A DNA stretch of 64,000 bases. Source: Candidatus Latescibacterota bacterium (lineage in GTDB: Bacteria; Latescibacterota; UBA2968). The DNA lies in contig OZ244960.1 of assembly GCA_965222605.1 (NCBI GenBank), positions 4,352,001 to 4,416,000 on the forward strand, given 5' to 3'. A model generated the notes under the pieces. That model had not been told where the DNA came from, ran no database searches, and saw only the letters and a list, made by a program, of their open reading frames with translations. Below are positions 38,119 to 48,104 of this stretch, piece by piece (within the stretch, counting starts at the first letter, position 1; each line of letters begins with the position of its first letter). Made by a program: the position numbers and the translations under genes.

Positions 38119-39323
38119 TGTCGAAAGGAAAAATTGTAAATCTCGCGCTCGTCGGCTGTGGCGGTATTGCTGGCGGGCATCTTCGGCGGTATGGAGAACT
38201 TATCGACAAAGGCGAAGACCGATTTCGCATTGTCGCCACGGTTGATAGCGACATCAGTCGCGCGCAGGCATTTGCCGATCAGATCAATGGCAAGGCCGGA
38301 TGGGAGGTCAAAAGTTATCCCTCGGTTGAGGATCTGCTCAATTCAGAATCCAATCTCGATGGAGCCGATATATGCAGCCCTCACGGTCTCCATCACGTGC
38401 TCGCCTGCGAGTTGCTCGAAGGCGGTGTGAATATCCTGTGCGAAAAACCCATTGGTATAACTGTTAAAGCCACGCAAAAAATTATCGATACAGCCAAACG
38501 CTGCAATAAGATCGCCGCCAATGCGGAGCAGTGTCGCCGCAGTGTTGGACAGCGCACCATTCACTGGGGGTTTAACGGTGGTCCGCTCGGCGAACCCAGA
38601 TTGTGGTATGCCATCAGATCGGGATGGCAGGATCCGGCGAATTATCCCGATTGGCACTGGCGTGTGGATCGCAAACTCGGCGGTTGCGGAATGGTTATGG
38701 ATAGCGGCGCGCACTGGGTTGATACCATGCGTTACTGGTTTGGGGAGGTCGATAGTGTTTATGCGCGTGTGGAGCAAATGGAACAGCGTCCCCACAAAAA
38801 AGGCGACGGTCTGGTAGAAGACAGTCGCGAAGATTTTTGGAGCAGTATTTTCAATTTCGAAAATGGCGTGATCGGCACGTGGTCGTGGACGATTAGCGCG
38901 CCCGGCAAGGGATTTACCCAACTCAATCTCACCGGGAGCAAGGGCACGATTGTCGAGAGCGATATTTTCCATCCGGCAGCGTCTCAGGTGCGCGGCGAAT
39001 GCCATTTTGTAGATGGTACGGCTTATGGCGTGTCCCAACTACAAGATATGTTTCTCGATTCACTGAGCCAGCGCGAAAAGGATCATCTTTTTCCATACGG
39101 TCTGACCGATGGCATGGCGATTGAATTGTGGGATTTTATCGATGCTCTGAGTATTGGGCGCGATGTCGAAATCGACGCGGAAGAGGGGCTCAAGAGCAAA
39201 GCCGTAAGCGAAGCGATTTACGAGTCTGGGAAAAGTGGAGAGGTCGTCAAGGTGGGCGATGTGATATCCGGCGAGGTCTGCGCGTATCAGGAGGATATTG
39301 ATCAGATGTGGGATTTGGTGTGA
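38118..39323 (+). CDS. Gfo/Idh/MocA-family oxidoreductase
   Basis: VGCGGIA, CEKP, DSGAHWVD. Confidence 0.92.
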   Translation: MSKGKIVNLALVGCGGIAGGHLRRYGELIDKGEDRFRIVATVDSDISRAQAFADQINGKAGWEVKSYPSVEDLLNSESNLDGADICSPHGLHHVLACELLEGGVNILCEKPIGITVKATQKIIDTAKRCNKIAANAEQCRRSVGQRTIHWGFNGGPLGEPRLWYAIRSGWQDPANYPDWHWRVDRKLGGCGMVMDSGAHWVDTMRYWFGEVDSVYARVEQMEQRPHKKGDGLVEDSREDFWSSIFNFENGVIGTWSWTISAPGKGFTQLNLTGSKGTIVESDIFHPAASQVRGECHFVDGTAYGVSQLQDMFLDSLSQREKDHLFPYGLTDGMAIELWDFIDALSIGRDVEIDAEEGLKSKAVSEAIYESGKSGEVVKVGDVISGEVCAYQEDIDQMWDLV

Positions 39324-39340
39324 GAGGTTGGGGGCTGAGT

Positions 39341-39386
39341 AAAAAACGGGTCGCTATCTCAAGGGATAGCGACCCGTTTTTTTTTA
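39341..39386. terminator. Bidirectional terminator between convergent genes
   Basis: AAAAAACGGGTCGCTATC...GATAGCGACCCGTTTTTTTT. Confidence 0.85.
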
Positions 39387-39776
39387 CGTCTTTCCCGGAC
39401 GGCCGATTTCAATGAGGTTGCCGTCCGGGTCGTGTACGAAAACATAGCGCGTGCCGTCGTGTGGGCGCACGCCGGGACCTGATGCAACGCGCACGCGTTC
39501 GCGGTCGAGCGAGGTGATGACGCGATCGAAGTCAGCGACTTCAAAGGCGATGTGGCGGCGCGAGGGACGGGGGTATTCTTCGGCGAGGATCAGGTGGATT
39601 TCGAGGTCGCCACAGCGATACCAGGCGCCTGCAAAATCGTAATCTGGCCGGGGAATGGGTTGCAACCCCAAAAACTTTTCGTAAAATGCCGATGCGCGTT
39701 CGAGGTTACCTGTAACCAATGTGATATGGCTGACGCGCGTGATGCCCATGCCAGCCGATTCTATGCGATTGGCCAC
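39384..39776 (-). CDS. VOC/glyoxalase-family protein
   Basis: HITLVT, FYEKFLG, HIAFEV, DPDGNLIEI. Confidence 0.92.
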   Translation of the reverse strand: MANRIESAGMGITRVSHITLVTGNLERASAFYEKFLGLQPIPRPDYDFAGAWYRCGDLEIHLILAEEYPRPSRRHIAFEVADFDRVITSLDRERVRVASGPGVRPHDGTRYVFVHDPDGNLIEIGRPGKT

Positions 39777-39780
39777 CGGA

Positions 39781-40662
39781 TCAATTCTCCATCAATAAGG
39801 TTCTCATTTTACGCATGCGCGAGGGATGTTTGAGTGCCGCCAGGGCTTTGTCGCGTATTTGGCGCACGCGCTCTTTGGTCAAGTTGAGGATATTGCCAAT
39901 TTGCTCCAGCGTCATTGTTTCACCGCTGTTAATGCCAAAATAGAGACGCAACACGCGGGCGTCGCGCGGAGCCAGTGTGTTGAGCGCAGTGCGTATTTCC
40001 TCTGCCATAGATCTTTCGAGCATGGTCTCTTCGGGGCTTTCTTGATCTTTGTCTGACAACATTTCCAGCAAGCTGGTGTCAGGACCGTCTTCAAGGGACA
40101 TGTCGTATGAAACATGCCATCGCGAAGCGCTGAGGAGGTCTTGCACTTGCTTGGGGTGCAATTCGGCCTGTGCAGCGATTTCTTCGATGCGCGGCTCGCG
40201 CCCCAGCGATTGTTTGAGTTCTGCGGATATGCGTTCCAATTTGCTCAGGTGTTTGATTTTGTTGACGGGCAGTCGCACCATGCGGGCTTTTTCTGCCAAT
40301 GCCGATAAGATGCCCTGCCGAATCCACCAGACTCCATACGTGGTGAATTTGACACCAACGGTTTCGTCATAGCGGGTGGCCGCGCGAACAAGCCCCATGT
40401 TCCCTTCGGCAATGAGGTCTTCAAGGAGCAAGCCGCGTCCCTGATATTCTTTCGCTATGGTAATGACAAACCGCAAATTGGATTCGATCATTTTATTCAG
40501 ACTTTTGCGGTCTCCTTTGCGAATGCGCTTGGCCAGATCAATTTCTTCTTGTGGCGTGAGCAATTCGCTGTAGGCTATGTCTTTGAAATAGAGTTCCAGT
40601 GCAGAACTACTGCCTCCATTTGTGCTGGTTGAGGTTTTGTAGTTCATGAGTGCGGCAGACAT
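39781..40662 (-). CDS. RNA polymerase sigma-70 factor, RpoD/RpoS-like, lacking region 1.1
   Basis: SNLRFVITIAKEY, EGNMGL, KFTTYGVWWIRQ, LTKERVRQI. Confidence 0.93.
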   Translation of the reverse strand: MSAALMNYKTSTSTNGGSSSALELYFKDIAYSELLTPQEEIDLAKRIRKGDRKSLNKMIESNLRFVITIAKEYQGRGLLLEDLIAEGNMGLVRAATRYDETVGVKFTTYGVWWIRQGILSALAEKARMVRLPVNKIKHLSKLERISAELKQSLGREPRIEEIAAQAELHPKQVQDLLSASRWHVSYDMSLEDGPDTSLLEMLSDKDQESPEETMLERSMAEEIRTALNTLAPRDARVLRLYFGINSGETMTLEQIGNILNLTKERVRQIRDKALAALKHPSRMRKMRTLLMEN

Positions 40663-41190
40663 GTATTTCCCCCGTGACTGAGAAATCGACTCTCTTGATC
40701 GAGTGTCTTGTGTTTCACCTCGTCAAAGGTTCACAATAAGAGAAGCATATACTGTGACACCTTCCGACTCCTGTATGGGAGAGAATCGGTTGTTGCCAGA
40801 ATATATGGCACATCGATCATGGGGAGACCAATGGCCTGATTATGTGACAACTTAGGTTCGGGGAGTGTTACTTTGGGGAGTTGATTTGGATGGAGAATGA
40901 TCACGAGCCGCAGGGGAGCGGTGTGCTCGACCAAATCGTAGTGTGGGGCAAGTATTGAGGGGAAAAATAATACTTGAGCAGACAAGATAGCGGATTCAGT
41001 TTTGGAATGCAACCCCTTTTCTATGCTATTCTCCTGATATTTTGAAACTCAAGGCCGTATTTTTTAGTTTTTTTAATGAAATACTTATTGACCTATTGAG
41101 AGAAAATAATAAATGGAATTTCATTTGTCAATAAATAACTCTTGTTTAACAAGTTACAGGTAGCGTTTTACAATTTGGTAAAAGCTACCG

Positions 41191-41709
41191 CTACTGGCCC
41201 TCGGTCGTGTCTGTGCCGTTAGGGGGCCGCTGAGCGAGGTCGCGGTCGAGCAAAAATAAGCCGTTGCCCTCTATGCCGACCAACTTGAGCGTGTCGATCA
41301 CTTCCTTGACAATGGCTTCTTCTTCGACTTGTTCGGCTATAAACCATTGGAGAAAGGTATGGGTGGCGTGGTCGCGTTCGGACAGGGCGAGATCGGCGAT
41401 GTTGTAGATGCTTTGAGAGACTTTTTGCTCTTGGGCAAGGGTATCTTCAAATACTTCTAAAGGGCTGTCCCAACATTGTTTGGGGGTATCAATAGCGCGA
41501 AGGCGTATATCGGCCTCGCGGTCGTCGAGAAAATCGTATATCTTCATACCATGGGTGAGTTCTTCCTGGGCTTGAACGCGCATCCAATGGGCAAAGCCAT
41601 TGAGGTTTTGCGTGAGAAAGTACGCGGACATTGCCAGATAACTATACGCCGAAAAGTATTCCATATTGAGTTGTTCATTGAGCGCGGCGGTTATGTTTGT
41701 GTTGATCAT
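41191..41709 (-). CDS. ftnA: Ferritin (non-heme, FtnA-type)
   Basis: LNEQLNME..SAYSY, QEELTH, FLQWFIAEQVEEE; RBS AGGAGG; start 41709. Confidence 0.93.
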   Translation of the reverse strand: MINTNITAALNEQLNMEYFSAYSYLAMSAYFLTQNLNGFAHWMRVQAQEELTHGMKIYDFLDDREADIRLRAIDTPKQCWDSPLEVFEDTLAQEQKVSQSIYNIADLALSERDHATHTFLQWFIAEQVEEEAIVKEVIDTLKLVGIEGNGLFLLDRDLAQRPPNGTDTTEGQ

Positions 41710-41981
41710 GATGTCCTCCTGTAGCGACAGGGTGTAAATAGCAGTACCCAAAGGGAGGATAAGTATAGGAAAAATATAGGTTTTGTCAACCAATTAAAAT
41801 AATTGATTGATTATACTTTGTTTAGAGAAAGAATTCCCAATGGTGTGGCGACATTTTTTTATTGATTCTTTTGGGAAAATTGCGTAAAACGTTATAGTAT
41901 TATACGTTGCTTCCAAACGCGGAGCGTATGACTACCCCAGCGTGGCACATAAGCCACCCGACAGGAGGTTTATTTTTTGTT

Positions 41982-42461
41982 ATGATTCCAGAAAAGGTCC
42001 TCAGGGCCTTGAACGAACAACTCAATTTTGAGTTCCATTCGGCATTTCACTATCTTGCGATGGAAACGTATTTTCACGGGGTAAGTCTGCATGGATTTGC
42101 CAGGTATATGCGCGAGCAATACAAAGAAGAACGGCAGCACGCGCTCAAGATCGTGGATTATATCAATGCGCGAAACTGTCGGGTCCTGCTCAAGCAGATC
42201 GCCGAACCCCCTTCTGAGTGGGCATCACCTATGGAGGTTTTTGAAGACGCTTACCAGCAAGAGCAGAAATCCAGTGGGATGATCAATGATCTGGTCGATC
42301 TCGCACTGAATGAACGCGATCATGCCACGGATATCTTCTTGAAGTGGTTTATTGAGAAACAGGTAGAAGAGGAGGCTCAGATTGGCAGTATGGTGCAGAA
42401 GTTGAAGCTGGTGGGTAATGATACTTATGGCTTGTTTTTGCTGGATAGAGATATGGGATGA
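41982..42461 (+). CDS. Ferritin, second paralog
   Basis: LNEQLNFEFHSAFHY, EERQH, FLKWFIEKQVEEE; RBS AGGAGG. Confidence 0.92.
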   Translation: MIPEKVLRALNEQLNFEFHSAFHYLAMETYFHGVSLHGFARYMREQYKEERQHALKIVDYINARNCRVLLKQIAEPPSEWASPMEVFEDAYQQEQKSSGMINDLVDLALNERDHATDIFLKWFIEKQVEEEAQIGSMVQKLKLVGNDTYGLFLLDRDMG

Positions 42462-42480
42462 GAGATAAAGCGATGTACAC

Positions 42481-42517
42481 AAAAAGTGCCCTCAGTATCT
42501 GAGGGCACTTTTTTTTA
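42481..42517. terminator. Bidirectional terminator
   Basis: AAAAAGTGCCCTCAG-TAT-CTGAGGGCACTTTTTTT. Confidence 0.85.
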
Positions 42518-42788
42518 TACTTGATAGTGAATTAATTGAGATGAATATGTTGCGGGTTGGGCGGTCGAAATAGTTGATCGATACCGCTTCGTCTGTTGAT
42601 TCGGGAATGGTGATGCGCGAAATGCTCCAGTTGTATTTTGCGCGATAGGACGCTACGAGCGCGTCAATGGGCCGAAGCAATGCGAGAACAACGCCACTTA
42701 AACAGACGACGACGATGACAGCACCGCTGGTCAGACCGGTCCACAGATGAATTTGGCGGGTTGTTTTCCAGATGCGGTTATTATTCAT
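42492..42788 (-). pseudogene. PepSY-associated TM-helix protein, apparently truncated
   Basis: RQIHLWTGL...VVCLSGVVL N-terminal motif, but only 98 aa, with the stop inside the terminator hairpin. Confidence 0.55.
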
Positions 42789-42817
42789 AATCCATTCTCC
42801 GTCCAGTTAGATGCGTT

Positions 42818-44194
42818 CTACAAGGATTGCAAAAAGGCGAGCAATGCGTCGCGGTCTGTTTGGGATAAGTTTCGCACGGCTTCGCGCGATTGTTCGGCTT
42901 CGCCGCCGTGGAACATAATGGCTTCGAGCAAGGTTCTGGCTCTGCCATCGTGTAAGTAGGCCGGAACACCGCTGACAGTTTCTGTGAGTCCAATGCCCCA
43001 CAGTGGGGTCGTTTTCCACTCGCGACCATCGGCTTCGTAGTCCGGGCGATTATCGGCGAGGGCTTCGCCCATGTCGTGGAGTAGCAAATCAGTGTAGGGG
43101 TGAATGGTTTGATCCGATAGCGACGAGATGCTGTGGTTGCCTGTTTTAAATGTGGTGGTATGGCAATTTGCACAACCGGTTGATTCAAAGAGTGCTTCGC
43201 CTCGCAATACCTGTGGATCATCCCAATTGCGCCGTGCGGGTACGGCGAGCGTTTGTATGTAAAATGTGGTAATGTCCAATGTTTCCTGTAAAATTTCCGG
43301 ATCATCGTTGCGGCCATCGTGCTGGGGTTGTCCGGATACAGATTCCTGAGGGAAATAGGGGTTGGTAACGCCCATGTCTTCGTTGTACGCGCCGGCGGTC
43401 TGCTGCAAAAGATCGGGATTATTGGCTTTCAGTCCAAAGCGCCCGAGTTCTCTTTGGCCCGTTCGGAAATTGTACACATAATTGGGACGGCCCGATATGC
43501 CGTCTCCGTTGCCATCTCCGGGATCTGATAGGGAGAGAATATCAGACTCGGAGATGGCTTCCAATAGGCCGCGTCCAAATACGGGCGGGGCCATGCGCGC
43601 GGATAGGAGTACGCCAGCGGGCAGTGGTTGATATGCGTCAACAATGGTGTAGATGGGGTGTTTTAGATAAACTTTTTCGCCATCGGATAGGGTTTCCGTT
43701 GTTTCATAAAAGCTGACTTGAACACGCGCTTCGAGTTTGACGCCAAAGTTTGAGCGGTCGCCGAGTTGGACGCCAAAGCCCGAAACGGGTACAGGACCGC
43801 CGTGCGGGGTGAATCCGGGCAGGCTGACGCGCATGAGCATGGAGCCGACAAAGGGCGGTTCCGAGCCGAATGCACCGCGCCCTCGTCCGTCGCGCAGATG
43901 ACATCCCACGCAAGAGGTGTGGCTAAACACGGGGCCTAAGCCGGGGTTGACTTCTGCAGGAGCGGTGACAAAGGCTTGTTCAAAGGCGGCATCGCCCGCA
44001 AAAAATTTGTCGAGTTCGTCGGGCGAGAGTGTTGGAATGGGCATTTCAAAAGCCTGACTGGATGCGTCAAAGACGGTTGCCTGTCCGCCAGATAAAGCAC
44101 TGTCCTCTGAGGGAGTGGGTGCAACGGGATTTTTGCTGCTGCATGTTAGAATGAACAGCATTGCAGCAATGGTGCATAAAAGATGTATTTTCAC
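42818..44194 (-). CDS. Di-heme oxidoreductase (DHOR/DUF1111) lipoprotein
   Basis: GLGPVF, CVGCH, GRFGLKA, CANCH, PYTDLLLHDMG, TTPLWGIG, LHDGRA. Confidence 0.92.
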   Translation of the reverse strand: MKIHLLCTIAAMLFILTCSSKNPVAPTPSEDSALSGGQATVFDASSQAFEMPIPTLSPDELDKFFAGDAAFEQAFVTAPAEVNPGLGPVFSHTSCVGCHLRDGRGRGAFGSEPPFVGSMLMRVSLPGFTPHGGPVPVSGFGVQLGDRSNFGVKLEARVQVSFYETTETLSDGEKVYLKHPIYTIVDAYQPLPAGVLLSARMAPPVFGRGLLEAISESDILSLSDPGDGNGDGISGRPNYVYNFRTGQRELGRFGLKANNPDLLQQTAGAYNEDMGVTNPYFPQESVSGQPQHDGRNDDPEILQETLDITTFYIQTLAVPARRNWDDPQVLRGEALFESTGCANCHTTTFKTGNHSISSLSDQTIHPYTDLLLHDMGEALADNRPDYEADGREWKTTPLWGIGLTETVSGVPAYLHDGRARTLLEAIMFHGGEAEQSREAVRNLSQTDRDALLAFLQSL

Positions 44195-44246
44195 GAGTGC
44201 AAACTCTTGATCTGATCTAAAGGATGTAGAAGATGATACAAACTCG

Positions 44247-44279
44247 GCCGATAGGGCGATGCCCTATCGGCTTTTTTTT
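44247..44279. terminator. Intra-operon hairpin between imelysin and DHOR genes
   Basis: GCCGATAGGGC-GAT-GCCCTATCGGC, with a T-run on the + strand only. Confidence 0.5.
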
Positions 44280-45348
44280 ACTGTTCTGCTAATACCAGAG
44301 ACATAATATCGCCTTCGAGTGTTTGTTGAACGGTTGCAATGGCCTGTTGCGCTGCTGTTATTTGCGCGCTATCGGTGGCGAGAGCATCGCGGAATGGGAA
44401 GGAGATTTTGCCAATTTCTGTAATGGCCGCCTGAATTTCAGCCTGGAAACGCTGGTCGAGAGCGGAGTCTTTGCTTTTGACAAATTCATCGAGGCCCACT
44501 GCTTCAACATTGTACCCACCCAGGTAAACATTTTGAATGCTGCGGATATTGTCTTGAAAGTCGAGGAGGGAGTTAAAGCTGAATTGCGATTCCACCAGGC
44601 GCGTGTCTTTCTCGGTAAAAGGATCGGCAATTTTGCCGTTTCCGACTTTGTCGGCAATGCCAATCATGCCGTTGACCATTTCCTGGACAGCGGCTTTTTG
44701 CGTGGTGTAGGTGTTGCTCCCGGCGCCGGCATTGATCACCTGGGCGCGGAAGTTTTCGCCGGATGCGATCCAACTCGTGTGCAGGGATGTTGCCGCGTCT
44801 TTGAGCAATTCTGACGCTGCGATCAAATAATCGTATTGGCGCGGGGTGAAGTCTTTGATGGTTTTGCTGCCGCCTTCGTCAAAGAGTAAGAATTCAACGG
44901 TGTGAAATCCCTTGAGTTCGTTGGCGAGGTTGTTTACGGATGTTTTGGTCAGGGGATCGCCGCTACCCAGAACGCCTTCGAGATCGGTGCGGTTGACTGG
45001 CCAGGAATCCAGCGCGGGGTCAAAGCCGCTAAAATCGACGGGACCGAACAAAAAACCCTCGCTTTTTTCCCAGGGAGAACGCGAGGCCACCCATTTTGCA
45101 CGGGCTGTTGCCAACGTGGCTGCCGAGGGATTGGTTTTGAGATTTTGCACAGCAGTGAGGAGTTCTGTGGCGACGGTGGCGAGGTCTTTGTAGGTCGGGA
45201 TAACTGTTTTGTCGGCAAAGTCGGTCAAAATGGGTGAAAAATCATATCCGGGTTCGGGTTCTGGCGCGACGGGGCTTGCGCCCTTGCTGTTGCAGGCCGC
45301 GAGGGAAAAGGCGAGGATGATACCGAGTAAGGGTTTGATGCGTTTCAT
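44278..45348 (-). CDS. Imelysin-like (Peptidase_M75/IrpA-like) lipoprotein
   Basis: Lipobox LAAC, WEKSEGFLFGP, DSWP, GFHTVE (GxHxxE), ESQFS. Confidence 0.9.
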   Translation of the reverse strand: MKRIKPLLGIILAFSLAACNSKGASPVAPEPEPGYDFSPILTDFADKTVIPTYKDLATVATELLTAVQNLKTNPSAATLATARAKWVASRSPWEKSEGFLFGPVDFSGFDPALDSWPVNRTDLEGVLGSGDPLTKTSVNNLANELKGFHTVEFLLFDEGGSKTIKDFTPRQYDYLIAASELLKDAATSLHTSWIASGENFRAQVINAGAGSNTYTTQKAAVQEMVNGMIGIADKVGNGKIADPFTEKDTRLVESQFSFNSLLDFQDNIRSIQNVYLGGYNVEAVGLDEFVKSKDSALDQRFQAEIQAAITEIGKISFPFRDALATDSAQITAAQQAIATVQQTLEGDIMSLVLAEQ

Positions 45349-45369
45349 GGTGATTCTCCTTGTAAAAAA

Positions 45370-46611
45370 TTAGAATTGAAAACCGAGTGCAAAACTGGCG
45401 GTGTTTTCGCCGTTGAAGTTTGACGCGCCCAGGCGACGCATGGCATAGTCGCCTTTCAGGACGACAGTATTGCTCATGGTGTAGTTGAGACCAAAGGTGT
45501 AAACGCGGCGTTTGAAGCGCGGATTGTCAAAAAAGTTGAGCGGCATTTTGGCCATTGTGTCGTAGCTGTCAAAGCGAAAGAATAGGTGGCATTGATCCTC
45601 CTTGCGCGAAGTGAAAAAGGGCATGATGTCGTAACCGGCTTCGGCATAAAATGCATACGCTGCACTGGCGACGGGTGTTCTCAAGACATCGAGGTTATTG
45701 GACAACGTGCGGTTGCGCTCGCTGACAATGTCCGCATTTTGCAGGTGTCCGTAGAGATACAGGCCTTGTGCACGGAAGCGATTGTATCGAAGCACAGTGT
45801 GGACGTCAAAAATGGATATGTAGGCGTCTGTATCTTTCATGTCGGGTTTGGGGCGGTTGTCGGCACTGTTGCCGCGATAGCCCGATACGCCAAAGGTGAG
45901 ACCATCAACGAGGCGGTAGTCCAATCGACCCGCAAGGGCCATGTTGGATGCGCGAACTTCTTCAAAGCGCGTTTGATGCCCGCCTACAATCCAGTTTTGC
46001 GAATTGAAGCCTGTGGCGTCTAAGCCGTTGACGAGTTGGAACTGATAGGTCAGGCGATTGATATGGCCGCTGATTTCAATACCTGTCTCGTGCCATATTG
46101 CCGGAATAATCGTGGTTTCCGATTCGGGGCGGCGGGTGCCAAAAAAGTCCGTGGGATGGTATTGCTCTGTGGTGAGGCCCACCGCGACGTAGAAGTGGCC
46201 CAGGCGGATGTTGAAGGCGTCGCTAAATTCGCGTTTGATGTAGAGTTCTTCGAGGATGACTTCCCCGCCTTTTTCCACTTCGGTTTCGTATTCGCCAAAT
46301 TCTTCGTATTCGATTTCGAGGGCACCGCCCGTACCGCCGTGTTCGATTTCCACTTCGGTTTCCAGTTCGACACCGCGCAGCAGGCGGATTTCCATTTCGA
46401 GTGCCAAACGCGCAATATCTATGGTGGCGCGGCTATCCGGTGGCGAACCCGTTGGGCTGCTTTTCTGATCGGGACCGTAATCGAAGTGGGAGTAGATGAG
46501 TTCACCGTATCCCGTGATTTTAAGTTTGGGCGCTGATTTATGGCCTTCAGCCATGATGTTCATGGGCAACGCGAGCGTTAGACAGATGCTAAACAAAAAA
46601 AGTCGTTTCAT
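45370..46611 (-). CDS. Outer-membrane beta-barrel porin (LbtU-like, inferred)
   Basis: Signal peptide, GYGEL, EVEIEHGG, IIPAIWHETG, terminal LGFQF. Confidence 0.7.
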   Translation of the reverse strand: MKRLFLFSICLTLALPMNIMAEGHKSAPKLKITGYGELIYSHFDYGPDQKSSPTGSPPDSRATIDIARLALEMEIRLLRGVELETEVEIEHGGTGGALEIEYEEFGEYETEVEKGGEVILEELYIKREFSDAFNIRLGHFYVAVGLTTEQYHPTDFFGTRRPESETTIIPAIWHETGIEISGHINRLTYQFQLVNGLDATGFNSQNWIVGGHQTRFEEVRASNMALAGRLDYRLVDGLTFGVSGYRGNSADNRPKPDMKDTDAYISIFDVHTVLRYNRFRAQGLYLYGHLQNADIVSERNRTLSNNLDVLRTPVASAAYAFYAEAGYDIMPFFTSRKEDQCHLFFRFDSYDTMAKMPLNFFDNPRFKRRVYTFGLNYTMSNTVVLKGDYAMRRLGASNFNGENTASFALGFQF

Positions 46612-46752
46612 AAACCTCCCCTGTGTGAATATTGACGCTGAAAAGGCGTGCTGTTATATTGTGTCCTGCAAGCGCAGAGGGTTTGATCTCTCTGGCGCGT
46701 GCGCGCGGGTGATCGGTGATGGCCGGGCAAGTCAGAACCGATCGCCTTTTTT

Positions 46753-47514
46753 TTATGTACGACGTATGCGGCGCTTTCTGGTGCGCCACCAGATGACCAG
46801 GCCAGAGATGGACAGGCCGATCAGGCCCCAGGCGGCGATGTCGTAGAGATAAACAAACCAATCGGCAAAGAAATAACCGGTGTGAATCTGGTGTATGATC
46901 GTGTAGAGATCGCGTCCGGGTTCTGCGGATTGGGCGATAGAGGCCCAGATTTTACCGCCGTTGGAACTGGTGAGCAAGCCACCTGAGGTCCACAGGTTCA
47001 GGTTTTGAGTGGAGCCAATACCAATGCGCTGGAGGCGAATGCCTTCGGCAAGGGGCATAAATCCAAGGGAGACTTGCTCCCATACGATGCCGCCATCGGT
47101 TGAGCGAATGAGGCCCAGATCTTCGAGGACGACGTAAATGTGGTTGGGATTGTCGGGTGCATAGGCGATGTCAACGGCGCGTTCTGCTGCGAAGAGCATT
47201 GGGACTTCGGTCCAGGTTTTGCCGCCGTCTTCAGAAGAATAAAGGGCTGATCGCGTGCCGCGATAGAGGTGTTGGGGATCGCGGGGATCAACCGCAAATG
47301 AGAGGGTGCGTTCAGAGGGCGCGCCGAGCAGGCTGGGGTGATTGAGCAAAAAACCCGAGATGGCGAGTAGAGATAAAAATATGAGTGCGCCGATGCCGAC
47401 ATAGCGATGGAGTTTGCGGAAAAATTCGGTGCGCTTTGTTCGCGTTCTGGGCTGTTCTTTGTGAAGCGGGATGGTTTTACTCCCGCGTGTGGAAGCCTGA
47501 GATGTGGTACTCAT
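46753..47514 (-). CDS. PepSY-associated TM protein with BNR/Asp-box repeats
   Basis: FRKLHRYVG...SGFLLNH; three S.DGG.TW-type boxes; QIHTG...SISGLVIW. Confidence 0.75.
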   Translation of the reverse strand: MSTTSQASTRGSKTIPLHKEQPRTRTKRTEFFRKLHRYVGIGALIFLSLLAISGFLLNHPSLLGAPSERTLSFAVDPRDPQHLYRGTRSALYSSEDGGKTWTEVPMLFAAERAVDIAYAPDNPNHIYVVLEDLGLIRSTDGGIVWEQVSLGFMPLAEGIRLQRIGIGSTQNLNLWTSGGLLTSSNGGKIWASIAQSAEPGRDLYTIIHQIHTGYFFADWFVYLYDIAAWGLIGLSISGLVIWWRTRKRRIRRT

Positions 47515-48086
47515 GGTGATTCTTGTTGTGAGTAAATGACATCGAGGACTGTGAGAACCCTCTTGACGCCCGCATTTAAGGCGCGTACCGATAGGGTTGC
47601 GCCACTGATGCCGATAATGTCGCGGTTGAGACGAATGTGGTGGTTGATGTTTTTATTTCTGTATTGGGTCAAGAACCGCTGGCGTTTGACCTGACCGCCT
47701 CGCGATTCGCGATAGACCATGATCCATACACCGCCAACGCGGTGATCGGGTTTGACTTTGACGATGAAGGTGATGGGTTTGTAGAGGCCAATTTGATTCG
47801 TGATGATCGCGTATCCCTGATGTTGTTCATTTTTTTTTGCCTGAAAAATAGTGAAGTCGGGTTCTTCAAGGCGCCACCCCAATCGCCTTTCAATGCGTCG
47901 CCGTTCTTGTGGGGTTGGGGTCCAGACTTCGCTCCAGAGCGTGTCTGCATCCGGGAAGGCTTTTTTTAGAGCCTGTTCTTCTGTGAGGTAAACAGTGATA
48001 GCCTCTGGGCCGTCGGGACCCTGCGCGAATCCGAGTCCCGATAGCAGGCAGACCATGATACAGAACACGTACTTATTTTTTATCAC
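47511..48086 (-). CDS. Periplasmic FMN-binding-domain protein
   Basis: Signal peptide, IMVYRESRGGQV, ISGATLS flavinylation motif. Confidence 0.85.
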   Translation of the reverse strand: MIKNKYVFCIMVCLLSGLGFAQGPDGPEAITVYLTEEQALKKAFPDADTLWSEVWTPTPQERRRIERRLGWRLEEPDFTIFQAKKNEQHQGYAIITNQIGLYKPITFIVKVKPDHRVGGVWIMVYRESRGGQVKRQRFLTQYRNKNINHHIRLNRDIIGISGATLSVRALNAGVKRVLTVLDVIYSQQESP

Positions 48087-48104
48087 TGTTTTCAGTCCTG
48101 CATC

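Noticed and set aside
40731-41012. 93-aa ORF upstream of the sigma factor
   Set aside because: No RBS or motif; treated as probable non-coding DNA.
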